From assembly GCA_020353355.1 (NCBI GenBank), contig CP070694.1, forward strand, positions 3,801,822 to 3,865,821: a DNA stretch of 64,000 bases, given 5' to 3'. The position numbers and the translations under genes are program-made. Origin of the DNA: Desulfobacterales bacterium. GTDB taxonomy: Bacteria > Desulfobacterota > Desulfobacteria > Desulfobacterales > JAHEIW01. The notes beneath the pieces were generated by a model that was not told the origin of the DNA, did not search any database, and saw nothing but the letters and a program-made list of their open reading frames with translations. Shown piece by piece: positions 39,357-48,784 of the stretch (positions within the stretch are counted from its first letter, which is position 1; every line of letters begins with the position of its first letter).

Positions 39357-39613
39357 GACTGCGCCTCCGGGTGTTGCACTTCAAGATTATTGATGGTGTC
39401 TCGGTGGATCGTGAACCACAGGCCACACCCGTCCCGATGGCACCACCATTCTTTCTGGATTCCGGCCACGCATTGGTTCATGTGCACATAATCGCACCAG
39501 CTCTCCGGAGTAAGGCTGTCTTCATCAGGCCGAGGCCCTTTATCCTCGCCGCCATAGCGAAATTCATATGCGCTTCGTTTGCCGCAAATAGGACATCTTA
39601 TTATGAGTGACAT
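39353..39613 (-). CDS. soxD: Sarcosine oxidase delta subunit
   Basis: 86 aa with the CPICG...C..C zinc motif and SoxD-like sequence. It has a 4-nt ATGA overlap with soxA. Confidence 0.8.
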   Translation of the reverse strand: MSLIIRCPICGKRSAYEFRYGGEDKGPRPDEDSLTPESWCDYVHMNQCVAGIQKEWWCHRDGCGLWFTIHRDTINNLEVQHPEAQS

Positions 39614-39701
39614 CGTAATTTATACCTCTTCATTGATCCCGCTGGAATAAACGTGAGAGGTTGGTTTAAATGAACCTAATACACCATTTTTGAGACGGCT
39701 G

Positions 39702-40943
39702 CTAGTTATCCGGACTGTAATTGACCAGCGCTGCGGTTTCGCCCATGAGTCGGTGTTGCGCAAATCGTCGCAGTGCAAACGGCTTCAGTATATCGGAACA
39801 TTGCCCGCTAGCCATAAACTGGGCCATATACTTGCCGGTGGCGGCACAGGATTTAAAACCGAAATAGCCCCAGCCGCAGTCCATGTAATAGCCTTCAATA
39901 AGATCATTGCCGTCCAGGATGGGGGCCATATCCGGTGTCATATCCGCCAGCCCGGCCCAGTGTCGCATGAACTTTACGCCCCGCAAACATGGAAGAAGCT
40001 CTGCCAGCGCTTCGGCTTGATGTTTGATGTAATATGCCGTGGTGTGCGTCGTATAATTGGGCCAGGGGTCCATGTGAGCGCCGGTGGCGATTTCACCTTT
40101 CAGCGTTTGATTCGCATAGGCATGATACGCACCGGAAGAAACCACATGATCTAAAATAGGCTTCAGGGGCTGGGTAACCATAGCCTGGATCGTGAGCACG
40201 CTGATCGGCAGTTTAATGCCCAGCATGGCATAGGAAATCGCCGCGGAATACCCGCCGGCCGCCAGCAAAACTCGAGGTGTATAAATCTTTCCCCGGTTTG
40301 TATCGACAGAGACGATTTTGTGGTTTTCAACCCCAATTGAAGTTGTCTCCGTGTGCTGATGAATGTGAACGCCTAAACGTGAGGCACTTTTTGCCAATCC
40401 CCAGACCACCGCATCATGGCGCAGAATTCCACCCGGGGGATGATACATGGCGCCAATAATCGGAAAAGTAATATCCTCGGATATGTTCAAGGCCGGGACC
40501 AATTCCTTGCACTGTCTGGCATCAATCAGATGACTTTCCACTCCGTGAAACTGTGCCGTGGCAACGTTCATGCGGGCGGCATTCATGGCTGCCTCACTGT
40601 GCATCAGGTTCAGATTGCCGCAATTATTAAACATCAGGTTGAAATCGAGTTCTTCGGTCAATACCGGCCACAGCTCCAGGGCCTCTCTATACAGGGGAAT
40701 ATTTTCCGGGGTGCGCTGGTTGGCGCGCACGATGGCTGTATTTCTTCCCGCCCCACCAAAACCGATATATTCTTTTTCAACAACAGCCACGTTGGTCATG
40801 CCATGCTGGCGAGCCAGGAAATAGGCCGTCGCCAACCCGTGCAACCCCCCGCCAATAATAACGGCATCGTAATGCGATTGAAGCGCAACCCTCTGCCAAA
40901 AGCGCTTATTCTTTTTCAACATCAAAAATCCCATAACGGTCAT
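39702..40943 (-). CDS. soxB: Sarcosine oxidase beta subunit (FAD-dependent oxidoreductase)
   Basis: VIIGGGLHGLATAYFLA dinucleotide fold and the LRHDAVVWG segment (the FMN-linking His context of SoxB). 413 aa. Confidence 0.85.
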   Translation of the reverse strand: MTVMGFLMLKKNKRFWQRVALQSHYDAVIIGGGLHGLATAYFLARQHGMTNVAVVEKEYIGFGGAGRNTAIVRANQRTPENIPLYREALELWPVLTEELDFNLMFNNCGNLNLMHSEAAMNAARMNVATAQFHGVESHLIDARQCKELVPALNISEDITFPIIGAMYHPPGGILRHDAVVWGLAKSASRLGVHIHQHTETTSIGVENHKIVSVDTNRGKIYTPRVLLAAGGYSAAISYAMLGIKLPISVLTIQAMVTQPLKPILDHVVSSGAYHAYANQTLKGEIATGAHMDPWPNYTTHTTAYYIKHQAEALAELLPCLRGVKFMRHWAGLADMTPDMAPILDGNDLIEGYYMDCGWGYFGFKSCAATGKYMAQFMASGQCSDILKPFALRRFAQHRLMGETAALVNYSPDN

Positions 40944-41158
40944 CCCTTATCACAAACTTCATCAAATCAAAATCATTTTCAAAGTATAGCGGCAGATCGG
41001 AGTCGTCTTGCTGAAAGGCTTTGCGGCGCGCAAATCAGTCAAATCTTGATCAATTTAAAAGAATGTGGCAATAAAGCCTGGGACATTTAAGATTACCAAG
41101 CGAAGCCCTCTTGTTGGGGCTGTCATTAAAAGATGCGCGATTAACGGAGAAAAGTGCT

Positions 41159-42583
41159 ATGGTCGACCGCATGCAAGCATTCACAAAAGATGAACTCCGC
41201 CAGATTCATGATGCCTCAATGGAAATTCTGGAGGATACCGGGGTGAGATTCAACAGCGGCGATGCGCTTGAAATCTTCAAAAAACATGGATTCAAGCTTG
41301 ACGGTACACGGGTTTTCATCACCGAAAACGACGTCAGAAGCGCACTGGAAACCGCACCGGCACGTTTCACGGTCCGTGCCAGAAATGCGGATAACAATGT
41401 TGCCATTGGAGAAGAGGACTTTGTGTTTGTACCCACCAGCGGTGCCCCGAACGTAGCCACATATAAAGGTGTACGCCGGCCGGCAACGCTGGAAGATTAT
41501 CATACATGCTGTCAGTTGGTACAAACCTCCGATCAGTTGGATATGAGCGGGTGGTCAATGGTACAGCCCCTGGATATCCCCCCCCAAGTTGCCCATCTGG
41601 ATATGCTTTTGGCCGATATGGTGATGTGTGATAAAGCCTATATCGGGGCTGCCACCTCCAGACAGGCTGCCCGCGATTGTCTGGAAATGGCCGCGATTGC
41701 CTGGAAAGGAAAGGAAAATTTGAAGCGCCAGCCGGTTATGGCCACCATCGTCAATGCGATGTCACCCCTTAAATATACGGCCGAAGAAGCAGAAACCATT
41801 ATTGACATGGCGCATTTGGGGCAACCGCTGGTGATCACGGATTTAGTGATGGCCGGAGCGAGCGGTCCGGTATCGCTGCCCGGTCTGCTGGCCTTGGCCA
41901 ATGCCGAGATTATCGCTGGACTGGTTCTGGCACAACTGGCATGTCCCGGAACCCCTGTGGTCTACGGTTCCGTTTCGGCTCCGGCGGATATGAGAACCGT
42001 GGTCTCGGCAGTCGGAGCTCCGGAAGCAGTTGTGCTGGCATCGGCGGTCATTCAGTTGGCTAGATTTTACCACTTGCCCTGCCGCACCGGTGGGATGATA
42101 ACCAACGCACACTGTACCGATGCCCAGGCGGCGGCTGAGGGAACCCTCATGATGAGTACGGCCGTGCGCAACGGGGCCAACTTCATCGTTCACGCCTGCG
42201 GTCAGCTGGGCTCCTATATTTCGATGAGCTTTGAAAAATGGCTTGTCGATGAGGAGGTGTGCCGCACGATCCGCAGAATACTTACCGCCATGGATATTAC
42301 GGTCGAATCCATCGATGTCGAAACTATCAAAAGTGTCGGCAGTGACGGCAATTATCTGGTGCATCCGACGACCTTCAATCACTGCCGGAATTTTTACCGG
42401 CCGAACCTATTTACACGCGATGATTTTCAAAATTGGCATGACAGTGGGGCAAAAAGCGTTTCTGAAGTGGCAGCCGAAATGCTGCCCAAGCGCCTGGCTG
42501 AATACACTAAACCGCCGATTGATGAAGGCCTGGAGCAGGTATTAAGAGAATTCGTCAACCGGCGAAAAAAACAGCTTTTGTAA
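41159..42583 (+). CDS. MttB-superfamily methyltransferase, non-pyrrolysine type (second copy)
   Basis: Full-length MttB-family sequence with no in-frame TAG. GGAGA RBS lies 8 nt before the ATG at 41159. It is divergent from soxB. Confidence 0.8.
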   Translation: MVDRMQAFTKDELRQIHDASMEILEDTGVRFNSGDALEIFKKHGFKLDGTRVFITENDVRSALETAPARFTVRARNADNNVAIGEEDFVFVPTSGAPNVATYKGVRRPATLEDYHTCCQLVQTSDQLDMSGWSMVQPLDIPPQVAHLDMLLADMVMCDKAYIGAATSRQAARDCLEMAAIAWKGKENLKRQPVMATIVNAMSPLKYTAEEAETIIDMAHLGQPLVITDLVMAGASGPVSLPGLLALANAEIIAGLVLAQLACPGTPVVYGSVSAPADMRTVVSAVGAPEAVVLASAVIQLARFYHLPCRTGGMITNAHCTDAQAAAEGTLMMSTAVRNGANFIVHACGQLGSYISMSFEKWLVDEEVCRTIRRILTAMDITVESIDVETIKSVGSDGNYLVHPTTFNHCRNFYRPNLFTRDDFQNWHDSGAKSVSEVAAEMLPKRLAEYTKPPIDEGLEQVLREFVNRRKKQLL

Positions 42584-42607
42584 GGCGCAATTACCGATCG
42601 GCACGCG

Positions 42608-44347
42608 CTAATGGTTTAACACCTCTCTTAATTGAGTCGACAGGGTCGATAACGAGAATGGTTTCTGAATAAAGCCATCAGCCCCTGCATTCAAAATTTC
42701 TTGGACGGGACCATCAATCGAATAACCGCTAAATATGATCACCTTTATGTCCGGACGGGCTTCTTTAATGGCTGAAAATATTTTTTTTCCATCCATATCA
42801 GGCAATTTCATATCCAATAATACCAGGTCAAATTTCTCATCAGATTTTTGGGATATCTTGATTGCCTCTTCTCCGGTTTTAGCCACTAACGTTTGGTATC
42901 CCAATCGGCAGAAGATTCTTTGGCTGATATCCAGAACGATATCCTCATCTTCAACCAACAAAATTGTTTCTTTGCCATGTGCCACGGGCGATCCGGCGTC
43001 CTTTACTTGCAATGGGACCTCATCGACTGCAGGCAGATAAATGCTAACCAGGGTTACTTTGCCTAATTCTGAATCTACCTTTATCCAACCGCTGTGGTTT
43101 CTGATAATTCCATATACGGCAGCCATACCGAGCCCACGCCCTTGAAATTTGGTGGTATAAAAGGGTTCGAATAAGCGTTGGCGCGTTGTTTCATCCATAC
43201 CTCTGCCGTTGTCTTATATTTCAAGGGAAACATACCTGCCCGAGCTGAGTTCAGGGGTGTTCTGTGCGATGTTGTCATCGACAAAAACATTTTGGCTCGA
43301 AATTCGGATGTGCCCCTCCCCATCAATGGCCTCAGATGCGTTGGTCAGTATGGCCGCTAACACCATCTGCATCTGTAAGAGATCCGCATCGATAGGCCAC
43401 GTGTCGGTAAGCAAATCCATGTCAACACGAATAGACCGAGCAAACCTATGCTGGATCGTGGGCAGGGTATCTCGTACAAAATTGTTCATGCATATTCTTT
43501 GGGGATGATATTTGCCTCCCTGGGCGTAAGCTAACAGCTGGCTGGTGAGGTTAGACATTCTCTGAATAGATGGCTGGATATATTCGATATCATTAATTAC
43601 TTTCTCATTTTCCGAAAAATCCAATTTTAATAATTCAAGATATCCGACCACTGCCGACAGAGCATTATTGAATTCATGTGCTATTCCACCGGCCAATGTC
43701 GCAATAGCTTTTAATTTTTGTGCCTCCTGCAGCTGTCGTTCATAGCGCAATATCTCTCTGGTCTTTTGATCTACCTCAATTTGGAGCAATTGTCTTTGAT
43801 TTGTTATAAAATTTTGGTACTCAAGACTCTCAAGCGCATTTGCGGCGTTACGGAAAATGATCGACAGGATCTGAAGCGACGCATCCGGTACGCGTGGCAT
43901 TGGATCTGAAAATAAACCGATAAACATTCCTCTAATCTGTGAATCCGTCGCTATGACGTGCAAAAGGAACTTTCTTTTTTGATCCTGCGATAATATAGTG
44001 ACGCCTCTTCTCTCACGTATTGCCCAAGCCATAAACCGTTTTTCGATCATAAACTCGATCTCATCTTTCAAATACGAATGGAGATCTCCAGGTTTACAAA
44101 AGACCAGCACGAGATCAGAATCTTCTTGATTCACCAAACAAAACGCGCGGGCTTCAAATTGAATCAGGCTGTCGATCCGTTTTTCAGTTTCTTCAAATAT
44201 CTGTTCAGGCTGACAATTATCATTTATTTTTTTTTGAAAATCCCCCAGCTTCAGGGCACTCTCAAGTGAATTTTGAATGAATCGCCTGTTTTCCTCTAAC
44301 AACTGTACACGGTTTTCAATGGCTATATCGTTGGCGCTAGACTCCAT
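42608..44347 (-). pseudogene. Hybrid sensor histidine kinase (sensor, HisKA, HATPase_c, receiver) interrupted by one in-frame TAA (43214-43216)
   Basis: The upstream ORF ends at ...GRYVSLEI-TAA. The same frame then continues DNGRGMDETTRQRLFEPFYTTK...GRGLGMAAV plus a receiver domain (LLVEDED, LDMKLPDMDG, KPF). The stop lies inside the HATPase domain, just before its D/G1 box. Confidence 0.85.
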
Positions 44348-44348
44348 C

Positions 44349-45578
44349 TTAATTATTACTCTTAAAAAACATTTCTAGGGATGCGAGTTGATGTACGGCT
44401 AGATCGATTGCGGGCTTGAATAATTGTGGAGAAATTTTGAGATCATCCCATATCTCATAATCAAAATGTGGGATGATTTTCTCACCACTGCTACCGACGC
44501 CCAATCCGTTTGAAATGACATCCGCAATGTGAACGATGCCGGCTTCTAAAGGATCAGCGGCCCCCGATGGTTGATGATGATATCGTACATTGCTTTCCAA
44601 TGCATTTGAAAGCTGCCAATTTTTTAACAATATTTTCCCAATTTTCGTGTGCCGGCAGCCAAAGAGACCGCTTTCGACGCTGTAAAGTGACTGATGCGAT
44701 ACGAAAGCGGAAATTAATAGACTTTTTGCTTGATCCGGAAAATATTTATAGATGACCAATCTGCCGATATCATGCAATAGGCCGGATACAAACATCTGTT
44801 CAGTTTGGGGCATATTTTTCTGAGAAGCGATAATCCTGGAAATCAATCCGCATAAAAGACTGTGTCGTAAAAATGATTTCATATCGATGATGTTTTCGGG
44901 GATATCTTTAAATACTTGCATTGTGCTAAGCCCCAACGCTAAGCCTGTTATTTCTTTAGATCCAATTAGGGTAACCGCACGGGAAACGGTGTCAATTTTG
45001 GCAGGGAAACTGTAGAATGCGGAATTTACAATTTTTAGCAAAACAGCGGTTAAACTGGGGCTTTTGTTTACAACTTCGGCAACATCGTTGGCTGATGCGT
45101 AGGGATCTGCAGTTATCTCGTTGAGTTGATTGACAATCGAAGGTATTTCAGGAAGTTTTATTCTTAGTTTTTCAATTTTTTTGCGGATATCAAGTATTTT
45201 TTTATTCTCAAAATTTTCATTGATTTGAAATTGGATATTGTCTTTTTGAAGCGGTGTACAGGTTTGGCTTCTATGAGTTACGGATAACTCGAATATTTCC
45301 TTAATGGCTGGATGCTCGAGATCAACATTTTTAAAAATCTCTTTGGTAGACTCCTTAACCTTTTCAATAATTTCTGGGTCGACTTGAGGTGCTTCAATAT
45401 TTGTTTTGCCTTTTTGGCCGACAACATGAACCTCGGTTATTCCCCAAATTTTCAATATCCTAATTTGTTTCGGTGTAATTTTCTGGCCTTTCGAAAGCAG
45501 CAGCCGTGCATTAATATCCAGCACATCTTCCGACAAGACCATACCATTTTTTAAGTTATTTACGGTTAGGCAACCCAT
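44349..45578 (-). CDS. HDOD-domain signalling protein
   Basis: HDOD core (LPEIPSIVNQLNEITADPYASANDVAEVVNKSPSLTAVLLKIVNSAFY...HDIG). It lies directly upstream of the hybrid kinase gene. Confidence 0.8.
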   Translation of the reverse strand: MGCLTVNNLKNGMVLSEDVLDINARLLLSKGQKITPKQIRILKIWGITEVHVVGQKGKTNIEAPQVDPEIIEKVKESTKEIFKNVDLEHPAIKEIFELSVTHRSQTCTPLQKDNIQFQINENFENKKILDIRKKIEKLRIKLPEIPSIVNQLNEITADPYASANDVAEVVNKSPSLTAVLLKIVNSAFYSFPAKIDTVSRAVTLIGSKEITGLALGLSTMQVFKDIPENIIDMKSFLRHSLLCGLISRIIASQKNMPQTEQMFVSGLLHDIGRLVIYKYFPDQAKSLLISAFVSHQSLYSVESGLFGCRHTKIGKILLKNWQLSNALESNVRYHHQPSGAADPLEAGIVHIADVISNGLGVGSSGEKIIPHFDYEIWDDLKISPQLFKPAIDLAVHQLASLEMFFKSNN

Positions 45579-45730
45579 TCGTATCCCCGCTCATGAATTT
45601 ATGATGATCAAGAAATACAATGATATATTGATTATCGGCAGTTTTCTAAAAAAGATTAGAAGCCATCTCAAAATGTAAAGACAGTCTCCAGGGTTCTATT
45701 GATAAACCAATGGGCATTGAATTTAATTTC

Positions 45731-45759
45731 TTGACATGCCCGTAAACTTTCTTTAAGAA
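45731..45759 (+). promoter_or_regulatory. Putative sigma-70 promoter for the riboswitch-cbiK transcript
   Basis: TTGACA (45731-45736), a 17-nt spacer, then TAAGAA (45754-45759). The -10 element is weak. Confidence 0.3.
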
Positions 45760-45769
45760 AATAGTCGAG

Positions 45770-45960
45770 GTGCATACGCTTAATAGGGAATCCCGTTGAA
45801 TTCGGGAGCGGTCCCGCCGCTGTAACCCCGCCCTTTTCAACGAAAGGGGAACCCGTTTAGTCTTCGAATGCCACTGTGTCGTTTGAGCGAGATGGGAAGG
45901 CTGCTGAACGGGTGGGGGAGCCAGAAGACCTGCCTTGCCAATTCTGCTATAGCCTTGCGG
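45770..45960 (+). promoter_or_regulatory. Cobalamin (B12) riboswitch
   Basis: Conserved core aatAGGGAAtcccgtTGAAtTCgggaGCGGTCCCGCCgCTGTAAcc, GCCACTG...GGGAAGG, and the B12 box gAGCCAGAAGACCTGCC (45918-45934). An intrinsic terminator and then cbiK follow it. Confidence 0.85.
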
Positions 45961-46010
45961 GTGACAGGGGTTGTGGTAATTTAAAAAAAGGGTCAAGAAA
46001 ACTGGGTGCA

Positions 46011-46046
46011 GCCCTTCAAACTGGTGAAGTTTGAAGGGCTTTTTTT
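46011..46046 (+). terminator. Intrinsic terminator (riboswitch expression platform)
   Basis: A perfect 11-bp stem, gcccttcaaac (46011-46021) with gtttgaagggc (46029-46039), followed by 7 T. Confidence 0.85.
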
Positions 46047-46106
46047 ATTGGTGTTGGATCTAAATATTATCTCAATTCGAAAAGCTTTTTAAAAGGAGAA
46101 GCCATC

Positions 46107-46985
46107 ATGAAACGAAAAGAATTCTTAATTTCAACGATCCTTTTGCTGATTGTCTGTTTCGCCACCTTGGCCAGTGCGGCCGGCCATGAACACAAAAAAG
46201 CTAAAAAAGTCGGTATCTTACTGGTTGCCTTTGGTTCCACGATTCCGGAGGCACAAGTTTCGTTTGAGAATATTGATCGCAGCGTAAAGGCAGCGTATCC
46301 CGACTTCCCTGTCCGCTGGGCCTACACCTCGTCTATTATCCGCAAAAAACTCGCCAAAATGGGCAAACATTTGGACTCACCCGAAGTTGCGCTGGCCAAA
46401 ATGTTGGAAGAGGGGTTTACCCATGTGGCGGTTCAATCTCTGCACACCATCGGCGGTGAAGAGTTTCACGATCTCAGGCGATCGGTTCATGCGTTTGATT
46501 ATGCCGGCGGATTTCAGCGGATCCTCTTGGGATATCCACTGCTGGCGACCCAAAAGGATATGGAACGCGCCGTGGAGGCCATTTTGGAAAATATTCCGAA
46601 AGCACGAAAGAAAAATGAGGCCGTCGTGTTGATGGGGCATGGAACCCATCACCCCAGCAATGCCTTTTATGCGGCCTTAATGTTCCAGGTTCAGCGCAAA
46701 GATCCCAATGTCTTTATTGGCTGTGTGGACGGATATCCCGAAATTGATGAGATCAAGGAAATGTTGAATGAGAAGAATATCAAAAAAGCTTATTTAATGC
46801 CGTTTATGTCGGTTGCCGGAGACCACGCGCGAAATGATATGGCCGGAGCCGAGGATGACTCCTGGACATCGGTTTTAACTCAGGCCGGAATCGAGAGTGT
46901 TGCGATTCTGAAAGGAACCGCCGAATACGACAGCTTCGTCGAGATATGGGTGGATCATCTCGGCAGCGCACTTTCGCATTTTTAG
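46107..46985 (+). CDS. cbiK: CbiK-type sirohydrochlorin cobaltochelatase homologue with N-terminal signal peptide
   Basis: ILLVAFGST and MGHGTHH motifs typical of CbiK. It has a cleavable-looking leader (LIVCFATLASAAG). AAAGGAGAA RBS is present. Confidence 0.75.
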   Translation: MKRKEFLISTILLLIVCFATLASAAGHEHKKAKKVGILLVAFGSTIPEAQVSFENIDRSVKAAYPDFPVRWAYTSSIIRKKLAKMGKHLDSPEVALAKMLEEGFTHVAVQSLHTIGGEEFHDLRRSVHAFDYAGGFQRILLGYPLLATQKDMERAVEAILENIPKARKKNEAVVLMGHGTHHPSNAFYAALMFQVQRKDPNVFIGCVDGYPEIDEIKEMLNEKNIKKAYLMPFMSVAGDHARNDMAGAEDDSWTSVLTQAGIESVAILKGTAEYDSFVEIWVDHLGSALSHF

Positions 46986-47025
46986 ATTCTGTGAATGTCT
47001 TATGTCTTAAGGGATTAAGGACTAA

Positions 47026-47138
47026 CGAATTCGGAATTGGGAATGCGGAATGCGGAATTTCAATCACCTTCCCCTTTCCGATTTCTGCAGTTAAATTTTT
47101 CTTTTCCGAATTCCGACTTCCGAATTCCGCATTCAGGC
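47026..47138. repeat. Paired complementary heptamer arrays GGAATNN x5 and TTCCGNN x10
   Basis: Left array is cgaattc/ggaattg/ggaatgc/ggaatgc/ggaattt (47026-47060). Right array runs in one phase from 47069 to 47138: ttcccct/ttccgat/.../ttccgaa/ttccgac/ttccgaa/ttccgca/ttcaggc. Positions 47041-47051 are perfectly complementary to 47124-47134. Confidence 0.8.
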
Positions 47139-47196
47139 GCCTCTATTTTGTACTCAAACAACCGGCTTGCGTAAGCACCTGGGTTATAAAATACTA

Positions 47197-48771
47197 TTAC
47201 TGTACTCGAATTGTCTCTCCCTTCCTGGGCACCACCACCGCATAGCCTTCCTTTTTTAGATCTCCGGCAAACGATACGGTTTGCTCATCTTCCCCGTGGA
47301 CCAGAGCAATTTTTTTGATTTGCAAATTAGATTTTTTGAGAAAGCGCAAAAGCTCCCGTTTATCGGCATGGGCACTGAAGCCGCCAAGATTGATCACTCT
47401 GGCTTTCAGCGGATATTCTTTATTCAAAAATTTCAACACCGGCGCCTTGCCTTTGCGGCCGGATTGTTCATAGGCTTGGCCCAGCTCGAGAATTCTGCGG
47501 CCCAGGGTGTTCTGGGCCATAAATCCCACAATCAGAATGGTATTTTTGGGGTTGTGGACTTTAAAGCGCAGGTGATGCAGAATGCGCCCGGCTTCACACA
47601 TGCCCGATGATGCCAGCACAATATGCGACGCAGTTTCCCGGTTGAGCGCCATGGATTCTTCCACCGAACCGACAAAGTGAATTTGATCAAACATAAATGG
47701 ATTTCTGCCCTGCTCCAGAAAAGCATCATGGGTCTCTTCGTCATAAACTTCCGGATGCTCTCCAAATACTTTGGTCAATTTTGTGGCCAGGGGACTGTCC
47801 ACGTATACCGGCATGCGCGGTACATCACCCTCGAGATACAGCTCGTGCAGCACATATAACAATTCCTGGGTGCGTCCGTAGGCAAACGAGGGGATGACAA
47901 CCGACCCTCCCCGCTGAAAGGTTTCGGTCAGTATCTGTTTCAAATGGGGTTTCAAATCTTTGACCGCATCGTGCAGGCGGTTGCCGTAAGTGCTTTCCAT
48001 GATCAGCAAATCCAGCTTGCGATCTTGTTCATCGAAATTCAGGGTGGGATCATTCACAATGGGTTTGTCAAACCTTCCGAGATCACCACTGTAGCCCATC
48101 ACGCATGTTCGCCCGTTCTCCGTTGCCCGGATGATGGTGATGGCGGAACCGAGAATATGTCCTGCATCGTAAAAGGTGCAGCGCATATCCTTTCCGATAG
48201 ATAGCGGGTGTCGATAGGGGTATCCGTCAAAAAAGGTGAGGGCTTCTTCAGTATCTTCGATCGTATACAGCGGCTCGACTTTTTCGAGATGATGGCTGGC
48301 AATCAGTTCGTTGATCGCCTCCACATTCAACTCGTGACGGTTTCTTTTCAACAGTTTTCGAATTTCATCCTGTTGACTGCTTTTTTTCTTCTTACGGGAG
48401 TTCATTTGCAACAACGCAGCGCGAACGGATTTATAGTTCAGATATTCGGCGTCGGATTCCTGGATGTGGGCGGAATCCGGCAACAGAAATTCGCACACAG
48501 AAAACGTTGCGCGGGTGCAAAGGATTCGTCCGCTGAAATTTCGTTTGGTAAGAAACGGAATGCGTCCGGAATGGTCAATGTGGGCATGGGAAAGCACCAT
48601 ATTCGTTAGGATTGCCGGATCAAAGGGCATCACCGTATTTTTCTGGGCCGCTTCTTTACGGCTGCCCTGAAACATACCGCAATCCATCAAAATACGATCA
48701 TGATCAGTCGTCAACAAGTGCATCGAGCCGGTCACTTCTCTGACCGCACCATAAAATGTCACATGCATCAC
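47197..48771 (-). CDS. MBL-fold beta-CASP family RNA-metabolising nuclease
   Basis: HAHIDHSG (HxHxDH), the beta-CASP region and the C-terminal RNA-specificity-domain-like region. 524 aa. Confidence 0.8.
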   Translation of the reverse strand: MMHVTFYGAVREVTGSMHLLTTDHDRILMDCGMFQGSRKEAAQKNTVMPFDPAILTNMVLSHAHIDHSGRIPFLTKRNFSGRILCTRATFSVCEFLLPDSAHIQESDAEYLNYKSVRAALLQMNSRKKKKSSQQDEIRKLLKRNRHELNVEAINELIASHHLEKVEPLYTIEDTEEALTFFDGYPYRHPLSIGKDMRCTFYDAGHILGSAITIIRATENGRTCVMGYSGDLGRFDKPIVNDPTLNFDEQDRKLDLLIMESTYGNRLHDAVKDLKPHLKQILTETFQRGGSVVIPSFAYGRTQELLYVLHELYLEGDVPRMPVYVDSPLATKLTKVFGEHPEVYDEETHDAFLEQGRNPFMFDQIHFVGSVEESMALNRETASHIVLASSGMCEAGRILHHLRFKVHNPKNTILIVGFMAQNTLGRRILELGQAYEQSGRKGKAPVLKFLNKEYPLKARVINLGGFSAHADKRELLRFLKKSNLQIKKIALVHGEDEQTVSFAGDLKKEGYAVVVPRKGETIRVQ

Positions 48772-48784
48772 AATAATCCTTTTC

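Noticed and set aside
27995-42583. Pyrrolysine (in-frame TAG) in the two MttB-family genes
   Set aside because: Both reading frames are uninterrupted and contain no internal TAG. I saw no pyl genes in the window. They are therefore non-Pyl family members.
36441-44347. Selenocysteine or pyrrolysine recoding as the explanation for the two in-frame stops
   Set aside because: Both stops are TAA, not TGA or TAG. TAA is also used as a normal terminator elsewhere in the window, for example at 2390-2392 and 22998-23000.
45646-45996. 116-aa minus-strand ORF
   Set aside because: It lies antisense across the cobalamin riboswitch, has no RBS and has low-complexity translation. It is explained by the RNA element.
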